This document shows positions 28,395 through 35,957 of a stretch of 64,000 nucleotides of DNA, one piece after another. Both the position numbers and the translations under genes were made by a program. The DNA is from an uncultured Gammaproteobacteria bacterium (lineage in GTDB: Bacteria; Pseudomonadota; Gammaproteobacteria; Francisellales; Francisellaceae), in contig CAJXRW010000001.1 in assembly GCA_913060525.1 (NCBI GenBank), positions 289 through 64,288 on the forward strand. Direction: 5' to 3'. The notes under the pieces were generated by a model, which was not told where the DNA came from, made no database searches, and worked only from the letters and a program-made list of their open reading frames with translations. Within the stretch, counting starts at the first letter, position 1. Each line of letters opens with the position of its first letter.

Positions 28395-29114
28395 TTATTT
28401 CTTATAGGAAATAAATTCATTTTGAATATCCTTATATAGCTGATTCACCCATATTGGTTGTGATGAATTGACTTTTAATCGCTTCACTCTTGGATCATCA
28501 GGCGCAATAATGACTTTAATATTTTTAACACCAATCTTATTTGTTAGTACAAATAGTTCTTCTATCGCTTCATCACCCATCGCCAGACAGCCAACCGACA
28601 TATCTTTACCATGAATCATAATATTAGAACCTGGTGCACCATCTCTGCCATCTTCTTTAGCATGTTGCATATCAAATTTATTTGGGTAGTTAAGCTTCAT
28701 AGATAAATGGAATGCGCTATTTGGATTAAGCCATTCTATTTTATAGATCCCTTCTGGCACTTGATTATCGCCCTCTCGCAATTTTGGCCCTGACTCACCA
28801 CTAGCAGCTAAAACATCATAGGTTTTAATATAGGTGACCTGGTTATTTTCTTCTGCCCATAATTCAAGGGTTTTTTCTTGTTTAGTGGCCAACAATATAA
28901 TCTTTTCTGGTGGGTAATGCACTCTTGCTTTATTAAACGCTGGAATCAGTCGTTTTAGTGCTTCTTTTTGATACTGCTTTACTGCTTGTTCTGTTGTGCG
29001 CGTACCGACAATTTTAAGGTAATAAGGAAACCAAATGCCACGACCGTATTTGTAAAATACACCAGTTAAAATAACTGCAACTACAATAATAATGACGAAA
29101 AATAATTTATTCAT
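28395..29114 (-). CDS. membrane-anchored L,D-transpeptidase-fold protein, YafK-like
   Basis: 239 aa with an N-terminal TM. PEGIYKIEWLNPNSAFHLSMKLNYPNKFD...GSNIMIHGKDMSVGCLAMGDEAIEELF matches the YkuD/YafK pattern (IHG...S.GC). Confidence 0.7.
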   Translation of the reverse strand: MNKLFFVIIIVVAVILTGVFYKYGRGIWFPYYLKIVGTRTTEQAVKQYQKEALKRLIPAFNKARVHYPPEKIILLATKQEKTLELWAEENNQVTYIKTYDVLAASGESGPKLREGDNQVPEGIYKIEWLNPNSAFHLSMKLNYPNKFDMQHAKEDGRDGAPGSNIMIHGKDMSVGCLAMGDEAIEELFVLTNKIGVKNIKVIIAPDDPRVKRLKVNSSQPIWVNQLYKDIQNEFISYKK

Positions 29115-29139
29115 TATTGCCTATTAACCTTTACAATCG

Positions 29140-29664
29140 TTAGCCAGCATTTGTTGTATTAACATTACCTGTTACATTCGATAAGTTACACTCATGTTGG
29201 TATTGTTGAAATTTTAAAGACAAATGAATTGTCCCCATTCCTTTTGTAGCGTTTTCTCTTTGATCGCCTTGATTAGTGCTCATTCTTACAATGATTCCAT
29301 TCGTAAAAAGGCTTTTAGAAGTTACTCTGCCTTTACCTGTAGAGCCAACTCGATCAATTTGGATTAACTCTAATTCTTCGATGGTATCTTTATTATTCAT
29401 AACATTAAAAGCTAACGCTTTTACACTATGGTACATTGGCAAATCAAACCAAACTGATGTATCTAATGCTGCGTGTGAATGATCCGCACCACCAAAATTA
29501 CTATTATGAGGTTGTATAAAATCGATGCCCCAGTCATACACTAGGGAATGATCTTCACTTGCTGGAGAAGATGTAAAACTATTCCGACCAGCAACTTGTT
29601 CTGATCCAGCATTTTGAGTGATAACGCCTTGGTGCTTAGATTTTATTTTCATGTAAATTGGCAT
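29140..29664 (-). CDS. hcp: Hcp-like T6SS tube/chaperone protein (orphan)
   Basis: 174 aa. MPIYMKIKSKHQGVITQNAG..SEDHSLVYDWGIDFIQP..IEELELIQIDR..LFTNGIIVRM..IHLSLKFQQYQHE is collinear with the enterobacterial Hcp1-family sequence I recall (MPTPCYISIEGQTQGLITAGA..HEDEMLVQQFDHVVTVP..). No other T6SS core genes are in the window. Confidence 0.6.
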   Translation of the reverse strand: MPIYMKIKSKHQGVITQNAGSEQVAGRNSFTSSPASEDHSLVYDWGIDFIQPHNSNFGGADHSHAALDTSVWFDLPMYHSVKALAFNVMNNKDTIEELELIQIDRVGSTGKGRVTSKSLFTNGIIVRMSTNQGDQRENATKGMGTIHLSLKFQQYQHECNLSNVTGNVNTTNAG

Positions 29665-29920
29665 AAAAACCCTTAATTTATAATATTTTGGTATTGTTGT
29701 TATTTTATACTATATTTTCTTAGCTAGAAACCTAGTCTGCACTAACCATAATTAATCACATTCATCCAATGTTTGTGAAACAGTAATTTTAATGTGAAAG
29801 CTCTAAAGCCCTTTTATTATATGGTTCAGAAGGCAACAAAAAGTCGCTTGCTGTCTATTTACTAACGTATTCCTACTAGACACCTAGAGCGGAAGCTAGG
29901 CAAGCTAGTTGCTGCCAGAT

Positions 29921-30000
29921 CTAAACCGTAAATTTTACCACGAATGGGGTCGCTACCCCGTGATATGCAGTCAGATTGCATCGTGGCGAGAGTTCCGGAA
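29921..30000 (+). repeat. diverged Tn3-family end module (left-type)
   Basis: TCTAAACCGTAAATTTTACCACGAATGG...TCAGATTGCATCGTGGCGAGAGTTCCGGAA. It has the same spacing (48-49 nt) between the TAAAC core and the TCAGATTGCAT subterminal repeat as the 30329 copy. The terminal part is only weakly similar. Confidence 0.5.
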
Positions 30001-30328
30001 CACATGACCTAGAATGGCCAATAAAACTACCAGAGACCCCTAAAGACTACACAAGTCATCTTTGGCAGAAAAAAAAGGGTATCAGACAATATAATTCCAT
30101 TTAGACATTAATTTTGAAGAAACCGCACCAAATAACCAGGATATTGGTTGGACCTCCATAATGGTTAGTAGTTGAATATGATAATTATTATATAACAATA
30201 CAAAAAATATATAATTTCAGCTAGCTCCTATCAATAAACACCTATTAATCATATCCCATATCATTAAAAATGCTGGTTATTAAACTTGTACTTGAGTAGA
30301 GCTAGCTTTCAAAAACACTATAATTTTC

Positions 30329-30407
30329 GGTTAAACTAAATATTTTGGACAAATCAGCAAAATATTGTGCGATATATATTCAGATTGCATTGTGGTGTGA
30401 GTTCCAG
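30329..30407 (+). repeat. Tn3-family transposon end module, left-type: IR 30329-30364 plus subterminal repeat 30381-30407
   Basis: GGTTAAACTAAATATTTTGGACAAATCAGCAAAATA followed by CAGATTGCATTGTGGTGTGAGTTCCAG. This is an inverted copy of 26646-26725, with roughly 85% identity by eye. Confidence 0.8.
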
Positions 30408-30493
30408 ATCACTGACCAATATTGATGAAATATTTGCACTAGCTATTAATACCTTGATAAACTTGGCTTGTTTAAAAATTAACTAAGTAAATA

Positions 30494-31444
30494 ATGGTAG
30501 CACAACGCAAACCCTGGATATGCATAAAGGATCAAATAAAAATATTGCAAAATAGAGGGATGAGCATCACTGATCCAGATAAAGCGGAGCGATATCTTAG
30601 AAATATTAACTACTATCGTCTAAGTGGTTACTGGCATGCCTTTAGAAAATCAGAAAATCGCGTATTCAGTGAGCAATTTGTAGATGGTACATGTTTTTCA
30701 AATATTGTTGATTTATATTATTTTGATAAAAGATTACGCCTAACATTACTGGATGCTATTGAAAGAATTGAAATTGCTATCCGCACTAACCTTTGTCACT
30801 TGCTTGGTGAGTATGATCCCATTGCTCATTTAGATACCAAATATTTAAACAGTGTGTATGCTAACCAAATACTTAAATCGGGTAAGACAAGATACCAAGA
30901 ATGGCAACAGAACCATACGAAACAAATTAATAGAAGAAAAACACGATCTACATTTATCCAGCATAATATTAAAAAATATGGTGATGAACTTTCAGTATGG
31001 GTAGCCTGTGAAGCTTGGGATTTTGGTTTGTTATCGCATATGTTTAAGATGTTAAAACCAGAAGATAAAACCAAGATTTCCTTAAGTTATAATATTGCAA
31101 GTGGTGTGGTTCTTGAAAGTTGGATACATACAATTAATGATATTCGTAATATTTGTTCTCACCATGACAGGCTATGGAATAACAAAATGAAAATTCGGCC
31201 TAAATATCATCCACTATTATCGCATTTACATCAATTTAAAGATAATCATGATGAATTTAATTTTTATTTATCAAGAGTATTTACAGTGATCATCATTATA
31301 AATGAATTTATCAAAGCAATTAATCCTACATCAAAATGGGTAGCCAGGATAAATAGTTTAATTAATGATTTTCCAAGCCATGATAATGGTAGGGTTAACT
31401 TAATTGAAATGGGTGTGCCTGATAATTGGCAGGAATACATTTAG
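30494..31444 (+). CDS. Abi_2 family abortive-infection protein (AbiD/AbiF-like)
   Basis: 316 aa. N-terminal QIKILQNRGMSI..AERYLRNINYYRLSGYWHAFR and downstream IRNICSHHDRLWN are the hallmark motifs of the Abi-like (Abi_2) family. Confidence 0.8.
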   Translation: MVAQRKPWICIKDQIKILQNRGMSITDPDKAERYLRNINYYRLSGYWHAFRKSENRVFSEQFVDGTCFSNIVDLYYFDKRLRLTLLDAIERIEIAIRTNLCHLLGEYDPIAHLDTKYLNSVYANQILKSGKTRYQEWQQNHTKQINRRKTRSTFIQHNIKKYGDELSVWVACEAWDFGLLSHMFKMLKPEDKTKISLSYNIASGVVLESWIHTINDIRNICSHHDRLWNNKMKIRPKYHPLLSHLHQFKDNHDEFNFYLSRVFTVIIIINEFIKAINPTSKWVARINSLINDFPSHDNGRVNLIEMGVPDNWQEYI

Positions 31445-31595
31445 AATAAAGGCCCCTACTCTATCAAAGATAGACAGGGGGCGTATCACCGATAAATGTA
31501 GCCAAATATTGCTATATTGTAAACTACTTATTATTAAATAAAGTAAAATATGTTGAAAAAATTTAACCTGAATATTTACGATAAAATGCATATTT

Positions 31596-31848
31596 GGCTC
31601 ACAGTAAAGATTGTGGACAAATCGGCAATATATCGATCAATACTCGATTGTCAGCAGGAAATAAAAGTAAACTCATCCTAATTAATCTCAATTAAACAAC
31701 GTAAGTACTGGAAATATTAGGATTAGTGACCGCATAACTAATTATGGATATTTGAGCCATCAGGAAGTCAAATATTAAAGATACCACTTCTTTAGTTATA
31801 TTTTGAAACACATTCTGACTATTTGTCCACGATTCTTAGTTCTAGGCC
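31596..31848. mobile_element. miniature Tn3-derived element (TIME-like, ~253 bp, non-coding)
   Basis: The left IR at 31596-31630 (GGCTCACAGTAAAGATTGTGGACAAATCGGCAATA) is type A. The right IR at 31811-31848 (reverse complement GGCCTAGAACTAAGAATCGTGGACAAATAGTCAGAATG) is type B. These are the same two IR types that bound the tnpI-tnpA transposon, in the opposite order. Confidence 0.7.
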
Positions 31849-31899
31849 AAATTTGAGATACTTGAAACGTGATTCAAACAAATTATAAATAGGGTTAAT

Positions 31900-32103
31900 A
31901 TGAGCAGGTTTAATAGCAATCAATATGAAGATGGTACATATAAAAGTATTCAAATTGATACACAAGATTCAACTCATAAAAAAATTAATGCTAGATGATC
32001 AGTCGTGCAATTAAGGAAATTGAACTCTAGGCCAAGAAAAATTCTAAATTTTTTGACGCCGCAGAAATTCCATGTCAAGATAAAATTACGTTTGCTAGTT
32101 TAA
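31900..32103 (+). pseudogene. IS30-family transposase C-terminal remnant with in-frame TGA
   Basis: My translation gives MSRFNSNQYEDGTYKSIQIDTQDSTHKKINAR*SVVQLRKLNSRPRKILNFLTPQKFHVKIKLRLLV. LNSRPRK.L.F.TP..F is the conserved C-terminal signature of IS30-family transposases. No upstream DDE region is present. Confidence 0.5.
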
Positions 32104-32157
32104 TCCGCCAAACTACTCATAAACATGAATCATTTTTCCTAGAACAAAGGTTTTAAT

Positions 32158-32718
32158 TTGGACATTCAAAAAGAAAAAATACATACTAGAAATATAATTG
32201 CAGATGGGTTTCGTCGAAATGATGGCCTATATGAGTTAGAAGCCAGTATATCGGACTGTAAGCATTACGAATTTCATAATGACTATATTGGTAAAGTTAA
32301 ACCTGGGCAATTTTTCCATAATATGAAAATTCAAATGGTATTAGATGCGTCACTAACCATTATTGATATAAAAGCAGAAACATTGGCTTCGCCTTTCGAA
32401 ATGTGTCCAAAAATTACTTCAAATTATAAAAAATTAAAAGGTATAAAAATTGATTTTGGATGGCCAAGAAGTGTAAGAAATATTGTTGGCAAGACAAAAG
32501 GATGTACTCATATAACAGAGTTATTACTCTATATAGGAACAGTAGCAATACAAACAATTTATGGAGATAAACAAAATCATGTCAGCAAAAAAAGTAAATT
32601 TGGTAAAGGATTAATCAACTCTTGTCATGCATGGGCTGAAAGCTCGCCAGTGACTAAAAAATATTTTCCTGAATACTGGCTTGCAGCAAGCACTGAGGAT
32701 AAATCAGCGAACTCCTAA
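32158..32718 (+). CDS. DUF2889-like protein
   Basis: 186 aa with a TTG start. RRNDGLYELEASISD...FHNMKIQMVLD...CPKITSNYKKLKGIKI...GKTKGCTHITELL matches my recollection of DUF2889 (GC-T-H-L-x-E-L core). Function unknown. Confidence 0.45.
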   Translation: MDIQKEKIHTRNIIADGFRRNDGLYELEASISDCKHYEFHNDYIGKVKPGQFFHNMKIQMVLDASLTIIDIKAETLASPFEMCPKITSNYKKLKGIKIDFGWPRSVRNIVGKTKGCTHITELLLYIGTVAIQTIYGDKQNHVSKKSKFGKGLINSCHAWAESSPVTKKYFPEYWLAASTEDKSANS

Positions 32719-32770
32719 CATATTGACATCAATTCGTTAAAGTTGTTGCATTTCTTTCCGACTAGTTACT

Positions 32771-33205
32771 TTAAATAATCGATAAAATATTACTACGAAT
32801 TTTTAACAAACTATCTACCAATATTTCATAATCCTTTCGATTAATACCATCAATGGCTTCTTCTAAAACTTCGTTTCCCAAGCTACGCAAGACACCTAAT
32901 AATGGTTTAACTCTATTTGTTAAATAAATGAGCTTTACACGTCTATCAGCTGGATCATTACGTCGTTCAACCCAATTGTTCTTTACTAATCGATCAATCA
33001 TTCTTGTCATAGAAATAGGTTGAACATCTAGGAGATTAGTTAAATCAGTTTGACGAATACCATTATGGTGTTTTAAATGAAGCAAGACAAGCCATTGCGC
33101 TCTCGTTAAACCTAATTCACTGGCTTTGCTGTCAAATTTTTTACGCAACAAGCGTGTAATATCCTGTATAATGAATCCTAAGCTTTCTTCATTGTCTTCA
33201 GACAT
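32771..33205 (-). CDS. MarR-family transcriptional regulator (EmrR-like)
   Basis: 144 aa with a winged HTH: LTRAQWLVLLHLKHHNGIRQTDLTNLLDVQPISMTRMIDRLVKNNWVERRNDPADRRVKLIYLT. Divergent from the efflux operon. Confidence 0.88.
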   Translation of the reverse strand: MSEDNEESLGFIIQDITRLLRKKFDSKASELGLTRAQWLVLLHLKHHNGIRQTDLTNLLDVQPISMTRMIDRLVKNNWVERRNDPADRRVKLIYLTNRVKPLLGVLRSLGNEVLEEAIDGINRKDYEILVDSLLKIRSNILSII

Positions 33206-33422
33206 ACTTTCTCTATTTATTGTGTTTTTGGTTACGCTTATTAAATTTAAGTATACTGAATCATATACTGAATAACGATAGTTACTGGAATTTCACCTTT
33301 AATCATCTTATCTCCAGATATTAATATTAAAAACAAACTGGTAGCCTTGACAGTTCATATCAAATGTTACTAAATTGACTTAAATATATTATAAGCATGG
33401 CTTAATATAAGCAAAGGCAATA

Positions 33423-34949
33423 ATGACTAGCATATCCGAAAAATCATTTTGGTCACAACCACGAACTCTTGTTGCCTATGCGTTAAGCTTATTAGCATTA
33501 GCTGAAATTGTAGATTTAACGATTGTAGCAGTTGCTGTTCCTCAGATTATGGGGTCAATTGGCGCTGATATTGACAGTATCGCCTTGGTTACAACAAGCT
33601 ATATAGTTGCTGCTGCCGTCTGTATTTTATTGTCAGGTCTAGTGATTCGGAAATTTGGTATGCGAAAAGTTACCATTATTTCTGCTATTGTATTTTGTGT
33701 TTCATCCATCCTCTGCGGGACATCTACTTCGCTATTTGAGATGGTATTATTTAGGATCATTCAAGGCATTGGTGGGGCATTTCTCCCCGCAATTGCTCAA
33801 GCCTATATTGCACAAAAATTTAAAAATAAAGAACAACAAATCATGATGACTATTTTTAGCTTGATCGTGGTCATGGGTCCAATAATTGGACCCATACTCG
33901 GCGGCGCACTATGTGAAAACATGACGTGGCGCTGGATCTTTTATGTAAATGTTCCAATTTGTATTATTGCGTTATTAATCATCTGGGTTTGGATGGAAAA
34001 AGATCATGTAAAAGACACTAAGATTGATTATATAAGTTTCTTATTGATGGCGTTTGGTATCGGTCTTTTAGAATATGTTATCGATGAAGGAAACAGTGAC
34101 AATTGGTTCGAATCTTTTTCTATTATTATTACCTTCTTCAGCTCACTAATCTTATTAGGCTTTTTTATTTGGCGAGGAATATTGGGGCAATCTATTGTTA
34201 AACTTTCATTGTTTAAGAATTATAATTTTGTCTTATCCTGTTTTACCATGTTTGTTTTTATCACATTCGCAACAGGCTCTTTGGCTTACTTTCCAACAAT
34301 GTTACAACAAAGCTATAATTATCCTGTAGATTTAGCTGGTTATATTACAGCACCTAGAGGAATAACTGCTATCTGTACAGCATTGATTATGCCAAGAATT
34401 ATCCCACTTATTGGGGCAAGAATGGTCATTTTTTTTGGCATGATTCTTTTTTCGGCTGGATGTTTTTTACTATCAAGTTATGGACCTGCTGTTAGTAAAG
34501 GGTTGGTCATATTTTCCATGATTTTACAAGGTATTGGTATGATGTCATTTTTTGCACCCATTATGAGTATTGCTTATGTAGGTATTGCAGATGAAGATAG
34601 CAGCGATGCTTCTGGCATCTTCAATTTTTTTAGAAATTTTGGAAGCTCGGTAGGAACTTCATTAGCAGCCACCATCATCTCACATCAATCACAAGTTAAT
34701 TATCATGGTCTAGGTGGTCACATCTCTCCGTATGCTAGAGGGTTTGAATGGTGGTCGCAGGATCTATCTGGCTTTTCAGATCAACATATAATCGCCATAG
34801 CTAATCAAGAACTCATCAAACAATCATCATTTATTAGCTACCTTGATTCATACCATCTTTTTGCCATTGGCATGCTCTGTATACTGTGGGTTCCCTTATT
34901 AATGAAAAGATCAAAGAAAAAAGCAACCACCACCCCTAAACATCATTAA
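33423..34949 (+). CDS. MFS DHA2-family (EmrB/QacA-type, 14-TM) efflux permease
   Basis: 508 aa with about 14 hydrophobic helices. Motif-A-like GLVIRKFGMRKV and motif-C-like GPIIGPILGG. Followed by a membrane-fusion protein and an OMF. Confidence 0.88.
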   Translation: MTSISEKSFWSQPRTLVAYALSLLALAEIVDLTIVAVAVPQIMGSIGADIDSIALVTTSYIVAAAVCILLSGLVIRKFGMRKVTIISAIVFCVSSILCGTSTSLFEMVLFRIIQGIGGAFLPAIAQAYIAQKFKNKEQQIMMTIFSLIVVMGPIIGPILGGALCENMTWRWIFYVNVPICIIALLIIWVWMEKDHVKDTKIDYISFLLMAFGIGLLEYVIDEGNSDNWFESFSIIITFFSSLILLGFFIWRGILGQSIVKLSLFKNYNFVLSCFTMFVFITFATGSLAYFPTMLQQSYNYPVDLAGYITAPRGITAICTALIMPRIIPLIGARMVIFFGMILFSAGCFLLSSYGPAVSKGLVIFSMILQGIGMMSFFAPIMSIAYVGIADEDSSDASGIFNFFRNFGSSVGTSLAATIISHQSQVNYHGLGGHISPYARGFEWWSQDLSGFSDQHIIAIANQELIKQSSFISYLDSYHLFAIGMLCILWVPLLMKRSKKKATTTPKHH

Positions 34950-34970
34950 TGATTGAGACAAGGACAAGAA

Positions 34971-35945
34971 ATGAAAATAAATAAAAAATTTATCATTGGG
35001 TTTACCATCGTAATAGTGGTGGCTAGCAGTATCTTTGGGTACTACATTTACACTTCGCTTTTTCCTGAAACGGATGATGCCTATATAAACGCTCACACTA
35101 TTGATATTGCCCCAAGAATAGAAGGTTTTATCAAAAGCATTAATGTTGAAAATAACCAGTATGTCCATGAAGGTGATTTATTATTAGAAATTGATCCAGC
35201 CGACTATCAGTTACAACTGGCCGAAGCAAAACAAAATTACTTGATTGCTAAACAAAAGTTGAATAATGCCGCACAACAAATTACAACCGCAGAAACAAAT
35301 GTTCGAAAGACTACCTCTGATTACGAATTTGCGCAGCAAATGGCTGAACGGTATCAACACTTATTTGAAAACAAAGCAGGATCTATGCAAGACATGCAGA
35401 AATATGACAATCAAAAAGACACAGCATTTGAAGCGTTAGAGCAAGCGAAGATTTCACTTGAGAATAGCAATACCCAATATCAAATTGCTCAATCTGAAAT
35501 TGAAATAGCCAAAACTAAAATAGATAATTCTAAACTGAATTTATCTTATACTAAAATTTATGCTGCAGTTGATGGCTTTATTGGTAACCTAAATTTACAA
35601 CGTGGACAACTTGTATCAGCTGGACAGAAACTTTTTGTCTTAGTTGATGACCATAAGTGGTGGGTGGATGTCAATTTGAAAGAGACACAACTTAGTCGTA
35701 TTAAACCAGGTCAGCCCGCTAAAATTGAATTGGATATGTATTCTCATACCTTCCACGGCACAGTAGAAAGTATCAGCCCTGCAAGCGGTACAAGCTTTTC
35801 TCTATTACCCGCTCAAAATGCTTCAGGGAACTGGGTCAAGGTTACACAACGATTCACCGTAAGAGTAAAGGTGGAAGATGATCCTAAATACCCACTCCGA
35901 ATCGGTGCCAGTGCTGTTGTTTCCATCAATACATTAGACAGTTAA
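34971..35945 (+). CDS. HlyD/EmrA-family membrane fusion protein
   Basis: The ORF is open from a TTG at 34953, but the ATG at 34971 has AAGGA upstream. Single N-terminal TM, long coiled-coil (QLQLAEAKQNY...), lipoyl/beta-barrel segments (VEGDLLLEIDP, YAAVDGFIGNLNLQRGQ). Confidence 0.85.
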   Translation: MKINKKFIIGFTIVIVVASSIFGYYIYTSLFPETDDAYINAHTIDIAPRIEGFIKSINVENNQYVHEGDLLLEIDPADYQLQLAEAKQNYLIAKQKLNNAAQQITTAETNVRKTTSDYEFAQQMAERYQHLFENKAGSMQDMQKYDNQKDTAFEALEQAKISLENSNTQYQIAQSEIEIAKTKIDNSKLNLSYTKIYAAVDGFIGNLNLQRGQLVSAGQKLFVLVDDHKWWVDVNLKETQLSRIKPGQPAKIELDMYSHTFHGTVESISPASGTSFSLLPAQNASGNWVKVTQRFTVRVKVEDDPKYPLRIGASAVVSINTLDS

Positions 35946-35957
35946 TAGGGATAGATC

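Noticed and set aside
29935-29986. tRNA-like fold: a 5-bp stem with the 7-nt loop GTCAGAT next to a GGGGT/ACCCC hairpin, closed by CCACGA/TCGTGG.
   Set aside because: There is no acceptor stem/CCA geometry, no D-loop or T-loop consensus (GG, GTTC), and the arm spacing is wrong. The segment is part of a repeated transposon-end module. Not a tRNA.
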